A stretch of 64,000 bases of DNA from Myxococcales bacterium (GCA_012798435.1 JAAZNF010000003.1:2154-66153); one strand, 5' to 3'; shown: positions 31,897 to 43,900, numbered from the stretch's first letter. Made by a program: numbers and translations. The notes: generated from the letters alone by a model not told the origin.

Positions 31897-33000
31897 GTGA
31901 GCCCCTGCCCGATTCCCGCATCGGCCATCAGCGAGCCGTTCCGTAAGCACGTCGACCCCGCCGCGCCTGCGCCGCTGCGCATGATGGCCTCGCGCGGCCT
32001 GGTGCCCATGCCGCCGCGGGAGACCGTGAGCGTACTGGCCTGTCTGTGCTTCGACGATGACCCCAAGATCCAGGAGGGGGCGCAGAACACGCTGACCTCG
32101 CTTCCCGACCGGGTGCTGACAGGCGCGCTCAAAGAAGACCTCCACCCGCTGGTGCTGGACCACGTGGCTCGCACCATACCCTTCAAGGAAGCGGTGATCG
32201 AGGCCATCCTGGTCAACCCCCAGACCCCCGACGAGACTTTCGCCTATCTGGGCGAGACCCTGGACGGGCCGCTGCTCGAGATCGTGTTCAACAACCAGGT
32301 GCGCATCCTGCGTCACCCGCCCATCGCCCAGGCCCTCATCTCCAACCCCAAGGCACCCAAGTCTCAGGTCGACATGCTGATGGACTTCGCGGTGCGCACC
32401 GGCATGGACTTCGCGGGGCTGGCGGCCTTCGAGGAGGCCAAGAAGCGCGTGCTCTCGGCGCCGCGCGACATCAAGGAGGAGGCGCGCATCCAGCAGGTGG
32501 TGGTAGCCTCGCTGCCCGAGGAGATGCTGCGCGACGAGGTCGAGCCCAAGACCGCCCAGGAGGCCTCCGAGGCTGAGAAGAAGCGCGAGACCATCCTCAA
32601 GAAGCTGCACACCATGACCGCAGCCCAGAAGGTGGCCTTGGCCCAGAAGGGCAACAAGACCATCCGCATGGCGCTCATCCGGGACGCCAACAAGGTGGTG
32701 GCCGTGGCGGCCATCAAGAACCCGGGCGTCAGCGAGTCCGAGGTGATCGGGGTGGTGACCAGCCGCGCGGTGAGCGACGAGGTGCTGCGCATCATCTGCA
32801 ACAACCGGGAGTGGACCCGCTCCTACGCGGTCAAGCTGGCCCTGGTCCAGAACCCCAAGACCCCGCTGGCCTTCTCCATGCGCTTCCTCCAGTCCATCCA
32901 CACCGGCGACCTCAAGGGGATCGCGGGCAACAAGAACGTCCCCTCGGCGCTGGCCAACGCCGCCCGCGAGATGCTGTCCAAGCGCAACGCCGGCCGCTGA
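31897..33000 (+). CDS. Conserved hypothetical alpha-helical repeat (HEAT/LRV-like) protein
   Basis: Repeated NP.TP motifs and 'QKVALAQKGNKTIRMALIRDANK...VKLALVQNPKTP'. Typical codon usage. Confidence 0.75.
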   Translation: MSPCPIPASAISEPFRKHVDPAAPAPLRMMASRGLVPMPPRETVSVLACLCFDDDPKIQEGAQNTLTSLPDRVLTGALKEDLHPLVLDHVARTIPFKEAVIEAILVNPQTPDETFAYLGETLDGPLLEIVFNNQVRILRHPPIAQALISNPKAPKSQVDMLMDFAVRTGMDFAGLAAFEEAKKRVLSAPRDIKEEARIQQVVVASLPEEMLRDEVEPKTAQEASEAEKKRETILKKLHTMTAAQKVALAQKGNKTIRMALIRDANKVVAVAAIKNPGVSESEVIGVVTSRAVSDEVLRIICNNREWTRSYAVKLALVQNPKTPLAFSMRFLQSIHTGDLKGIAGNKNVPSALANAAREMLSKRNAGR

Positions 33001-33023
33001 TCCGGCGCGGCCGGGAATCGCTA

Positions 33024-33581
33024 CTATTCCAGCGGATATCCCGCCTGGACCCAGGCGGTCTTACCCCCGGAGAGGTACTGTATCGAGCAGTAACCCAGGG
33101 AAACCAGCGCCGCCCCCGCGACGCCGGACCGGCCACCGCTCTGGCAGTAGAGCACCACCCGGACGCTCTTCTCAGGCCCGATGAAGGCCACCAGCGCGTC
33201 GGTGTCGCTGTACCCGATGATGGCATCCGTCTTGGGGATCGACGGCGCCCCGGCCACGTTGATCAGGAGAAAATCCTTTTCCTCCAACGCCGCGTGCAGG
33301 TCCTCGACGGAGATCATGGTCAGGGCCGGGGGGCTTCCACCGAGGCAAGCGACTCCCTCGTCTTCCAAGGCCGCGCCATCATCGGCGGACGCATCTTCCC
33401 CATCGGGCATCGCGCCAGCGTCCGGCTCGTCCGTCCCTTCTGCGTCATCCACGAGAGGATCCACATCGGAAAAAGATGAATCGCCCGCACCCCCCGGTAC
33501 GGTTCCGACCGGAGAACATCCGCAAGCCGCCAAGGCGAGCACCACGCTAATGGCCACGAGCGACTTCTCCAGCCAACGCAC
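33024..33581 (-). CDS. Rhodanese-like domain lipoprotein
   Basis: LALAAC lipobox and acidic linker. Active-site loop VVLYCQSGGRS and C-terminal YLSGGKTAWVQAGYP. Start uncertain (GTG 33581 or 33623). Confidence 0.75.
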   Translation of the reverse strand: MRWLEKSLVAISVVLALAACGCSPVGTVPGGAGDSSFSDVDPLVDDAEGTDEPDAGAMPDGEDASADDGAALEDEGVACLGGSPPALTMISVEDLHAALEEKDFLLINVAGAPSIPKTDAIIGYSDTDALVAFIGPEKSVRVVLYCQSGGRSGVAGAALVSLGYCSIQYLSGGKTAWVQAGYPLE

Positions 33582-33736
33582 TCGGCCGGCGAAGGCGGCA
33601 GCCTCGACCACTGCCGGTTTCACCGTGTTCCGGCAGTGCCAAGAGCAAAGGGACCACCCGATATCACCGAGCGTCCTCCCGTGATTGTCATCGAACCTTG
33701 CAGTTGGGGGGAACCGGCTCAACGACCCGAAGGCGT

Positions 33737-35905
33737 TCAGCGGCGAGCCTCGTCCGGGACGTTTTCCTTCTCGGACATGCCCTCGGCGGAGATCTGGTCG
33801 GAGAGCAGGGTGAGCGCGATCTCCACCGCCTTGCGGGCGCGCTCCTTGATCTTCTCGTCGCCCTTGATCTTCTGGAAGGCCTTGACCACCCGTTCCTCGT
33901 GGTCGGCCAGATCCTTCTTGAGCCCCGCGATCTGCTGCTCCAGGGCCTCGATGGTACCGCGGGCGCGTTCGAGGTCGGCCTGCAGGCCGGGCAGGCGCGC
34001 GGCGTCTTCCCGGGTCTTCTGGTGGGCCCCCCGCTCCTGTTCCAGCGCGGCGCGCGTGTCCTCCAGTTGCTTGCGCACCTCGTTCATCTCCTGTTGCAGC
34101 TTGTCGATCTCGTTGCGGTAGCGCGTGCGCAGACCGTACACCTCGTCGGCGTGGCGCTGCTTGGTGTCCTCCATCTCGTTTTGCAGGCGAGCCACCTGGT
34201 CCTTGGCGGCCTCCATCGAGGCCTGCACCTCTTGCAGGGCGCGCTGGTGCTCCTCCGCGGCCACCGAGATGCGGTGCTCGAGCTCGGCGGTGTCGCGACT
34301 GTAACGCTCGTCCCAGTCGGCCATCAGCGCCTGGTGCTGCGTCTCCAGGTCTTTCTTCTCGCGGGTCAGCGAGTCCAGTCGGTTGTTGAGATCGAGGATC
34401 TTCTGGTCGCGCCGGGATAGCTCCTCGCGCAGCGAGGCGATCTGTTGTTCGCGCTCGCCCACCTTCTCCTGAGCGTCCAGGACCTCCTGGTCGCGCCGGT
34501 TGATCTCCTCCTTGAGATCGAGGATCTCCCGGTCCTTGGCGTTGATCTGGGTCTTGAGCGCGAGCAGCTCCTTGTCGCGCGAGGTGCCCTTGGTACGGAT
34601 GCCAGCGAACTCGGCCTCGCGCTTGGCGAAATCGTCCTGGAGCTCGACGATTTTGGCCTCGAGGGCGCGCACCTGCTCGCGCAGCTTGCGGTTCTCCTCC
34701 TCCTGCTCCGCGGACGGGCCGGCGGAGACGGCAGGCGCCGCAGGTGCAGGCGGAGCGGCCGCGGGCTGCGCCTCCATCACAGGGGCCGCGGCCGGCGGCG
34801 GCGCGGGCTGTTCGGCGGGTTGCGGCAAGGGCGGGACCGGCGGCAACGGCTGCGGCGCGGGCGATTCTTCCGCGGGGGCCTCCGGCGCGGCCTCTTCCTC
34901 CAGCGTCAGCAGCGTGTCCGCTTCGGACAAGGCCGGCGCCACGTCGCCCGTGTCGGGGCTGACGAACGCGTCGGCCTCCTTGCTGCCCGCCGGGTCGGCC
35001 AACGACTCGGGTGCGAGGTCCATCGCGTCCTCGATCGGCGTCGCCGGATGTTCCGGCGGCACGGCGGCCGCCTGGCGCCCCGTCTCCGTGGGTATCTCCG
35101 GTTCTCCGGGAGAACCCAGACCGTCCAGCGCCGACAGGTCGAGCGACTCGTCCCCACCCGTCCCCTCCTCGACCGGAACCGGCTCCTCGTCGAGCCCTCC
35201 CAGGACGTCGTCGATCTGGGCCAACTCTTCCTCTGCCACATCGACCGGCTTGGCCTCGTCCGCGCTGGGAGGCGGGGCCGCGTCGTCCTCCAGGCCGGCG
35301 AACACGTCGTCGAACTTCTCCAAATCGTCGCCCGCGGGAGCCACCTCGCTGGATTTCTCCAGCGGGCTCTGCATGATGACGGTGGAGTCCTCGGTGGCGA
35401 AATCGAGGGATTCGTCTTCACCTAGCGCATCCACCGCATCCTGCCCGCCGGGCAGATCCTCGTCGATGGCGATGGCCTCGTCGTCGTCCAGCGTGATCAA
35501 TTCCTCTTCGCCTGCATCGGCGCGTGGGTCGAGCAGCAGCAGCGCCTGGACCTTACCGAGGAGCTGTTCCTGCGTGAACGGCTTGATGATGTATTCCTCG
35601 GCGTGGGCCTTGAGCTTGCGGTGTTGCTCGAAGGTATCCTCGGTGGCCTCCGCGGACATGATGACCATCGGGATGTTCTTGAGCTTCTTGTCTTTTTTGA
35701 ACTTGGTGCAGATGGAGTAACCGCTCATCTTGGGAAGCTCCACGCACAGCAGCACCAGATCGGGCTGGAAATCGTTCGCCTGCTCCTGAGCGGTCTTCCC
35801 GTCGACTTCCCTGCGGATCTCGACGTCGAATGCACGAAACATCAAGGCGATTTCATTGAAGAAACCGTCATCGCTCTCGATCACCAGTATCTTCTTCTGG
35901 GCCAT
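33737..35905 (-). CDS. frzS: FrzS-like pseudo-receiver/coiled-coil motility regulator
   Basis: Atypical receiver KILVIESD..LLCVEL..QHRKLKAHAEEY (no phospho-Asp) resembling Myxococcus FrzS. Acidic Pro/Ala linker, long coiled coil, and EERVVKAFQKIK.DEK C-terminus. Promoter TTGACA-18-TACACT at 35955-35984. Confidence 0.75.
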   Translation of the reverse strand: MAQKKILVIESDDGFFNEIALMFRAFDVEIRREVDGKTAQEQANDFQPDLVLLCVELPKMSGYSICTKFKKDKKLKNIPMVIMSAEATEDTFEQHRKLKAHAEEYIIKPFTQEQLLGKVQALLLLDPRADAGEEELITLDDDEAIAIDEDLPGGQDAVDALGEDESLDFATEDSTVIMQSPLEKSSEVAPAGDDLEKFDDVFAGLEDDAAPPPSADEAKPVDVAEEELAQIDDVLGGLDEEPVPVEEGTGGDESLDLSALDGLGSPGEPEIPTETGRQAAAVPPEHPATPIEDAMDLAPESLADPAGSKEADAFVSPDTGDVAPALSEADTLLTLEEEAAPEAPAEESPAPQPLPPVPPLPQPAEQPAPPPAAAPVMEAQPAAAPPAPAAPAVSAGPSAEQEEENRKLREQVRALEAKIVELQDDFAKREAEFAGIRTKGTSRDKELLALKTQINAKDREILDLKEEINRRDQEVLDAQEKVGEREQQIASLREELSRRDQKILDLNNRLDSLTREKKDLETQHQALMADWDERYSRDTAELEHRISVAAEEHQRALQEVQASMEAAKDQVARLQNEMEDTKQRHADEVYGLRTRYRNEIDKLQQEMNEVRKQLEDTRAALEQERGAHQKTREDAARLPGLQADLERARGTIEALEQQIAGLKKDLADHEERVVKAFQKIKGDEKIKERARKAVEIALTLLSDQISAEGMSEKENVPDEARR

Positions 35906-36000
35906 GGATGTTCCTTCATCCAGTGAACGCCAACGATTAACCTCTCCGGGCGCTAGTGTAGGTTTGCGGGGCGGAGCCTGTCAACAAAACGCGCGCCTTC

Positions 36001-37782
36001 TCATCCACCGAGGCGCAGCGGCATTCGAGGAACCTCGAAGGGAGGCCCCGAGAAGCGAGGGAAGCCGATGCCCTTGATCACCTGGCTGATACAGATGGCC
36101 ACGAAAGTCCCTCGGTGCTCCTCGCTCAGGACGTTGACCTCGTTGACCTTGCCGCTGTTCTGGATCACGAAGCCGACGATCAGCGTCCCGGTGACCGTGG
36201 GATCGCGCTGGAGCTGTTGCTCGACGCACCCCTTCATGGCGCGCTGGTAGGCGCGCAGGGTGTTCATGACCGTCTCTTTGGTCATGGGGCCGAGGCCCTC
36301 ATCGCCGCCCGCGGCAGGTTTGTCGGGCGGCTTGGGCGGCTTGACGTCCCCTGTCTTGTCCGGCGGTTTGGGTGGCTTGACGGCGACCGTGGTCCCGCCT
36401 CCGCGGGGATTCTTGCCCGGATTGTGTTTCGGGTTCCGCTCGCCGGGGGTCTCCGGCTTCTTGCGGGGATCGACCGGTTCGGCGACCACCTCGCGTCCAG
36501 CATCCGCGCCCTCGGCCGGCGTATTGGGCGATCCCGCGTCAAGCGCCTCGGCCGCGCCGGCATCGGCGGGCTGGGCGACCCCGGCGTCGGGTCCCGCGGG
36601 CGCTACCGGTCCAGCCTCGGCGACCGGCGGGGGGAGCGGCGCAGGACCCGGGCTCAGGCCATCGCCGCGGTTCGAGAAGAGTAGGAAGGCGGCGCCTCCG
36701 CCGACGACCACCACCAGCCCCGCGATGACCGACAGGGCCACGACCTTGGAAGACGACTTGCTGCGGGCGCCGCCCAGGTAGGCCGGGCCGGCGATGACCT
36801 GGCTGTGACGCGTGTCCTCGAAGTAGCGGCTCCCCGTCCCCGGCACCTTGCGATCCAGCGACGAGTCGAAAAAGCTCTCGGGTGGCCGGGCGACCTCACC
36901 GGATGCCACGTCCTCTCGCTCCCAGGGTGCGAGTTCCTCTCCTCCGGGATCCTCAGCGACCGGCGGAGCCTCCGCGGGCTGCGGAGCGGGCGCCGGCGGC
37001 TTGCTCTTGACCTGGGCCAGCTCGTCCTCGACCAGCGAGGCCAGCGAGGACTCCTGCACCGGGGCCCACTGGTCCGCGGGCGGCGCGCTCGGTTTGGATA
37101 CCGCCGTGGGGACATCTTTCTTTTCACCAGTAGCGCCGGTCCCGAGCAGGTACCGGAGCCGCGGTATGTCCTGGATGGCCTGCCAGTCCCCCATGCCCGA
37201 CTGCCAGGCCAGGCTCTCGCCGGTGATCTCTCCCGCCGCGAAGCGCCGCTCGACCTCGGCGAGCGGCAGTGGGCCGACCTGCTGGTCCTTGACGGCCACG
37301 AACCACTCCTCGTTGGCCGCCGTGCTCGACTCGGCCGGCACCTGGCTCGAGCCCAGATCGTCGAACACCCGGTCGATCTTGTCGCGCTCGAGCCCTTTCT
37401 TGCGGGCCCGCTGCCGCTCGATCTCCTCCATGGAGAGGACGGCCGTCTCCTGGCCTTCCTCCTCCTCGCCCCCTGCATCCTCTGGCGGCAAACCGTCCTT
37501 GAGCAGTTGGTCGAAGGCCTGTCCCAGCTCGTCCCGCTCGCTCGTCGCCCCCGGCTCGGCGGCCGTTTCCGCCGAGGCGAGGGGTGCGCCGGCGTCCGGC
37601 GATGTGGCCCCGGCAGGCGCCTGCCGCGTGAGGGTGCGATCGGTCGGCTCGCCGGTCGGCTGCGCGGCCTGCACCACGATGACGTTCCCGCAGCGCTTGC
37701 AGCGCACCTTGACGCCCCGCGTCCCCACCTTGTCATCGGAGATCAGGTATTGGGTCGAGCAGTTGTCGCAAACGAATTTCAT
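36001..37782 (-). CDS. gltJ: Gliding motility protein GltJ/AgmX (Zn-ribbon, GYF_2, TM, TonB_C-like)
   Basis: MKFVCDNC..QYLISDDKVG..GVKVRCKRC. GYF_2 'EWFVAVKDQQVGPL...LAWQSGMGDW', TM helix and AgmX/TonB-C-like terminus. Lies downstream of the agmK-like gene. Confidence 0.85.
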   Translation of the reverse strand: MKFVCDNCSTQYLISDDKVGTRGVKVRCKRCGNVIVVQAAQPTGEPTDRTLTRQAPAGATSPDAGAPLASAETAAEPGATSERDELGQAFDQLLKDGLPPEDAGGEEEEGQETAVLSMEEIERQRARKKGLERDKIDRVFDDLGSSQVPAESSTAANEEWFVAVKDQQVGPLPLAEVERRFAAGEITGESLAWQSGMGDWQAIQDIPRLRYLLGTGATGEKKDVPTAVSKPSAPPADQWAPVQESSLASLVEDELAQVKSKPPAPAPQPAEAPPVAEDPGGEELAPWEREDVASGEVARPPESFFDSSLDRKVPGTGSRYFEDTRHSQVIAGPAYLGGARSKSSSKVVALSVIAGLVVVVGGGAAFLLFSNRGDGLSPGPAPLPPPVAEAGPVAPAGPDAGVAQPADAGAAEALDAGSPNTPAEGADAGREVVAEPVDPRKKPETPGERNPKHNPGKNPRGGGTTVAVKPPKPPDKTGDVKPPKPPDKPAAGGDEGLGPMTKETVMNTLRAYQRAMKGCVEQQLQRDPTVTGTLIVGFVIQNSGKVNEVNVLSEEHRGTFVAICISQVIKGIGFPRFSGPPFEVPRMPLRLGG

Positions 37783-37932
37783 TGGAGAGGCTCGCTCCTT
37801 GACGGACGCATCATGATCAGACGCTCCACAGGGCGCTTCGATCCCTGTCCGCAGGGTCTTCTCCGACCGGATGGTAGCAGAGGACGGGCATCATCTCAAG
37901 AATCCAACCAGGCCGGCTCTGGCTCCGGTTCG

Positions 37933-40900
37933 TCAGCTACCCACCGCCAGGGCCAACACTTCGCGAAGCTTCAGGTATTGCGGGCTCGACATGAACACCA
38001 GAAGCTCCCGGATCTTCTGGATGGGCCGCATGGGGGTGATGCCTGCGGGCTCGTTCTTGAGGATGCCCATGGCGGTCGGGATGTCGTTGCACACCACGAA
38101 GCCACAGCGGTTGACCGAGTGTTCCACCGCCTCCAGCCAGTTCTTGAGGCTGAAGGCGCGCGGGTTCTTGAGGTAGTCGGCCACCGCCCGCTGGAGCATG
38201 GCCACGCCGTCCTCGCGCAGGGCGCGCTTGAGGCCGGCCCGGGCGCGCTCGATCTCCTTGGGATCGCCCTCGGCCTTGTGGCGGGGGTCGACCTGCAGAC
38301 ACACCGCCTGCAGCAGGTCGTTGAGGCGCGACAGCGGCAAGGCGCAGGCCAGGATGAACTCTGGCCGCACCATGGCGAGCTGCCGGCCGATGTAGAACAA
38401 GAGGTGCTTCTTCTTGTCCTCGCGGAAGACGTCGCGGTAAGCGATGACCGCGGTGGGCCGCGTCAGCGCCAGGGCGATGCCGGGCAGGTGGGGCGCCTCC
38501 TGATCCTTGAGGGCGAACAGCTCCACCTCCGGGCCACCCAGCGCCTTGGCCGCCAGGCGGAAGTTGTGGGCCACCAGGCTGCGATCGCGCGCCAGGTCGA
38601 TCTGGTGCTCGCGCCGATTGAGCCCCACGTCCTTGTGCTCGCGCACGAACATGGCCGGCGCCACCCGGTACAGCAGGCCGAAGATGCGAGTGAAGGGCAC
38701 CTTGACGCCGGGGTGCGCCAGGTACTCCTCCCACAACTTGTCGTTGATGGCCCGGCCGGCCAGCTCGGGCGCCTTCTTGGAGAAGTAGGCGACGATCTTG
38801 TTCTCCTCGTCGTCGGCCTTCTTGAGGTAGCGCAGGATGGAGGCCAGCACGTAGACCTTGTCGTAATCCTTGCGGTTGTTATAGAGCTTCCACAGCGTCC
38901 GGTAGCTCGCCACCCGCTCGGCGGAGGCCGCCAACACTCGGTGGTGGACCGTGATGGCCTCGTCGGTGGCCCCCTGCTTGGCCGCCAGCAGATCGCCCAG
39001 GGTGGCCAGCGCGTTCACGTCGTCCGGGTCCAGGGTCACGATCATGCGGTAGGCGTCGATGGCCTCGTTGAGGTTGCGCAGCACCACCCGGCACAGCTCG
39101 CCCAGGTCCTTCCACAGGGCCAGCTTGGTCTTGCGGGCCTCCACCGGCAGGCGCTTCACCATCTTGATGTAGTTGTCGCGTAGCTGCAGCCAGTCCTTGC
39201 GCCGGGTGAGGATCTCCACCACGGCCTGGAAGGCCTGCACTGCCGAGGGGTCCAGATCCAGCGCGGCGTTGAAGTGCTCCACCGCTCGCAGGTCGTCGCG
39301 CAGCTCGTCGCGCAGGAGCTGGCCGGCCTGCTGGTGGTAGCCGACCAGCATGCGGGGACGGGCCTCGATCTGGATGATGCGCTCCAGGCACTCCACCGCC
39401 TTGGGGAACTGCCGGGTCTCGGTGTATAGCGCGAGCAGCTGGGTCTGCGGCTCCAGCGACTCCGGCTGGGCCCGGGCGGCGCCCAGCAGCGCGTCCACCG
39501 CCCGGAAGGGGTCCTGCAGCTTCTCGCGGCACAGGCTGGCCAGGCGCAGGTAGTGATCGTAGAGATCATCGCCGTCCAGCGAGTCGAGCATCTGGGTGCC
39601 GAAGTCGTAGGCCTCTTCCCAGCTCTGGCGCTCCTCGGCGATTCGGAACAGGTACTGCAGCGAGGCCAGGTGCCCGGCGTCGATCTCCAGGGCCTTCTTG
39701 AAGCTGGCCTGGGCGCGGTCCAGCTCGCCCATGCGGTAATTCACGTCGCCGATCTGCCAGTGGATCTCGGCCACCTCCGCGTCCGACAGCGAGTTGCGGT
39801 GGTGGATCAGAATGGTCTGGTAGATGCGGTAGGCCTCCTCCCACTTCTCGGCCTTGAGCAACGCATTGCCCAGGCCCTCCAGGGCCGGCAGGTAGGTGGC
39901 GTCCAGCTCGTAGGAGGTCCGGTAGTGTTCCAGAGCCCGATCCTCCTTGCCGAGCTTCTCGGTGATGTACCCCAGACGGTAGTACTGCCGGCACAGCTCC
40001 TTGCTCTCGGTGTTGCGGTCCAGGCCCGCCACCACCACCTCCATCATGATCTCGGCCCGCTCCCACTGCTCGGTGCGGAAGTAGATGTCCGCCAATGGCT
40101 TCGCCGCCGGCAGGTAGTTGGCGGTGAGCCGCAGCGCTTCCTCGTATGCCTGCGCCGCCCGGGCGGTGTCCTCCCCCTGGTCCTGCACGAACTTGCCGAT
40201 CTCGAAGTAGAGCCGCGTCTTCTCCTCGATGTCCTCGGTGTACTCGGCCTCCTGACTCATCATCTCCAGGTAGCGGTCAAACTCCTTGTCCAGGTAGTAG
40301 ATGAGCTTGAGGGCCTTGATGGCCGGCAGGTAGGCGGGGTCGATGGCCAGTGCGTGCGAATAGGCCTCGCGCGCCGCCTGGCTGTCCAGCAGCATGTCCT
40401 CGTTGATCTTCCCCTGGCGGTAGTACAGGTCCACCGCCTCCGGGGTGGCACCGCACAGCTCGGCCTCTTTGCTGAGCATCTCGATGGCGTTGAACCAGTT
40501 CCCGCTCTTCTCGTACAACTGTCCCAGGGCGTGGATGGCCGGCCGGGAGCGCGGGTCGATGGCCAGGGCCTTGGCATACACCTCCTCGGCCTTGTCCACG
40601 CGCGACAGCTCCCGGTACCACACGTCGCCGATGGCCAGGTGAATCTCCACCTGCTCGTTGCGGTCATCGGTGAGTTGGATGTGGCGATAGTAGAGGTCGA
40701 TCAGCCGGTTGAAGTCGCCCAGCCGACGCACCAGGCGCTCCTGGGCCTTCACCGCCGGGAGGTTGGCGGGATCCAGCTCCAGGATGCGGTCGAAACAGGC
40801 CGAGGCGGTCTCGGCGTTGCCGAAGCGCTCCTCGTAGATGGTCCCCATCTTGCTGAGGATCTTGATCTTCTCGTCGCGCTCCGGCACCAGCTGCACCTGT

Positions 40901-43900
40901 TGCTCGAACACCGGCAAAAGCTCGCTGAAGCGATCGAGGCGGGTGAACAGCCGCTCCAACGCCTTGAGGCTCTCCAGGTGCGCCGGTTCGAACTCGAGCA
41001 CCGCCTGGTAGGCCCGGATGGCCTGCTCGTCGTCCTGCAGCTCGGTCTCGTAGATGCTGGCGATGTTGGCGAGGTAGTTGACGGTCACCGCGCGCTCGTC
41101 GGCCTGATCGGCGGCCCGGCGCAGGATCTGGATGAGCTCCTTCCACTTGGCTTCCTGCTGATAGAGCCGAATGAGGTTCTGGATGGCCGGCGTGTCGCGC
41201 CCGTCGAGCTCGAGCACCCGCTTGAGGGTGTCGACCGAAAGGTCGATGCGGGACAGGCGCTCCTCCTGCAGGCGGGCGATCTGGTGCAGGATCTCCTTGC
41301 GCGCCTCCAGCGTGTCGCTGCGGTCGTACTTGTTCTCCAGGACCTGGATGAGATCCCCGATGCGGTCGGCGTCGCGGTACAGCTCGGCCAGCGCGTCCAG
41401 CGACGACACGTCGCGCCGGTCCAGGGCGATGGCCTTGCGCAGGAAGGCCTCGGCCTGCTCGGGCTGGTTCAGGCGGGAGCGGTGGATGGAGGCGATCTTC
41501 TGGTAGAGTTTGACCGCGCGCGAGCCGCCGCCCACCTCGCTGGTGGCGTACTCCAGCACCTCCAGCAGGGTGTCGTAGTCCTCGATCTCGTCGGCCAGTT
41601 GCTCGAGCTTGGTGAGCACCTCGTCGTCGCCGACATCCTCGCGGAAGGCCGCGCAGTAGCGAGCGAAGGCGATGGGCTTCTGGCCCAGGTGGCGCTCGTA
41701 GATCTCGGCGATGGTCTTCATCAGCACCACGCGGTCCTTGCGCTCGCGGATGGCGGCCTGCCGCTTCTCCAGCAGGGTGGCCAGGCGACGCCACTCCTTG
41801 CCGGACTGGTAGATCTCCTGCACCGCCCGGAAGGCTTCGTCGTGCGAGGGATCGATCTCCAGGATCTTCTCGTAGGCCGGGGCGGCGCCGAGCGGCCGGC
41901 CGATGCGCTCCTTCCACAGGGCAGCAACGTCCAGCAGGGCCTGGATGCGGTCCGCCGGCACGGTCTTGAGATCCGCCGCCTGCTCCAGCACCGTCACCGC
42001 ATCGGACCAGGCCTCGTTGGCCTGGAAGATGCGGCCGAGCCGCTCCAACTCCTCCGGGGTGTGCGGTTCGATGTCCTGGGCGCGCTTGGCGGCCTCGATG
42101 GCCTCGGCCCCGCGGTTGAGCTTCTCGCCCAGGATCTCGGCCATCTGGAAGCGCAGCTGCTTGACCCCCAGCATGTCCTCCTGCAGCGGAACCAGCTTGC
42201 GCAGCACCTGGAGCAGGAGATCCCACTGGCCCGAGGCGGTATAGATGCCGCGCAGGGCCTGCAAGGCGCCCTGGTTCTTGGGATCGAGGCGCAGCACCTC
42301 CTGCCAGTTCTTCATGGCCTCTTCCAGCTCGCCCAGCTTCTCGCCCTTGACCCACCCCAGCCGGCTGGACAGGGCCGCGATGCGCTCCGGGTCGTTCGTG
42401 CTGCGCATGCCGGCCTCGATGTGCGCAGCCAGCTCGGCCCAGCGCCCCGCCTTCTCGAAGAGCTGGTCCAGCGCCTGGAATGCCTCGCGGTTGCGCGGGT
42501 CGGCCTGCAGCACCTTCTGCCACAGGGCGATGGCGTCGTCGGGGCGGTTCAACGGCCCGGCGGCCAGATCGGCGATGCGCGCCTCCAGCTCCGCCCGCTC
42601 GTCGGCGTCCTGGGACGCATCCAGGTGGGCCTTCAGGGTGTCGAACAGCGCCTCGTGGTTGCCCTGCTCGGCGAAGGCCCGCTCCAGCGCGCGCAGGCTG
42701 TCGAGGTGGCCCGGCGAAAGGTCGAGCACCCGGCGGAAATACCCCACCGCGCGCGCGGAGTTCTGCAACTTGTCCTGCAGCACGCTCCCCAGACGGAACA
42801 GGACCTCCACCTGTTCCTTCGGCTCGCCAGCGAGATCCACCAGCCGCGACAGCGCCTCCACCTGCTCGTCGTAGCGTTCGCGCTGCGCGTACAGTCCCTC
42901 AAGGGCCGCCCAGGCAGCGCGGTTACGGCCGTCGAAGCGGGTCGCCACCTTGTAGAAGCGGACGGTGTCCTCCCACTCGCCACCGGTCTGGGTGTGGATC
43001 TCGGCCAGCTTCATGGCCACTGCCGCGCCCACCACCGCGTCCTCGATGTTGTCCAGCTCCTCCTCGTACACCGCGGCCAGGGCCTCCAGGTTCTCTTCCT
43101 CGGCCGCCAACCGTTCGAGCTGCTCGCGGGCGGTGATGCTGCCCAGGTCCTCGTGGAACACCCGCACCCAGGTGTTGAAGGCCAGCGACTTCAGGTTGAG
43201 GTGCTGCTCCTGCACCATGGCGATCTTCTGCAGCAGCTCCACCCGGCGAGCCATGACCCGCGACTGGCGCACCTGCTGCTCCAGGATGTCCACGTACTTC
43301 TTCCAGTTGCCGGTCCGCTCGTAGGCCACCTCCAGCAGCCCGGCCGCGCCCTCGAACAGTCGCCCCTCGGCCTACAGGCTCTCCAGGTGCTCGATGGTCT
43401 TCGCGTGCGTGGGATCGGCCTGCAGGATGTCGCGGTACAGGATGCCGGCGCGCTTGAGGTCGCCGAACTCCTGCTCGTACAGCCGGGCCAGCCGGAAGCG
43501 CAGGTCCAGCGACTCGGCGCGGTCGCCCAGGGAATCCAGCAGCTTGATCTCGGCCACGATCACCTCGGCCAGCTCCTTGAGACGGGACTGCTGCTGGCAC
43601 AGGCGATCGATCATGCGCAGGGCGTTGATGTCGCGGGGCTGGAGCTGGGCGATCTCGCGGAAGGTCTGGATGGCTCCGCCCGGGTCCCCCAGCTTCTCCT
43701 CCTGGATCCCGGCGACCTCGTACAGCACCGCCGCCGCCTGCTCCAGGTTGGGGCTGAGCTTGGAGCGCTTGCGCAGCACATCGATCAGCGCATCGAACTG
43801 GTTCTGCTGGCGGTAGATAGCCTCCAGGGCCAGCAGCGAGGCGGAGTCCTTGGCGTCGAGCGCGGACACCGCTTGGAGGTGAACCAGCGCCTGCTCGGGG

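Noticed and set aside
43372-43374. Genome-wide TAG reassignment or pyrrolysine as the explanation of the agmK amber codon
   Set aside because: Several genes here end properly at TAG (2785, 17539, 57375) and no pyl genes are visible. It is kept only as a low-probability alternative.
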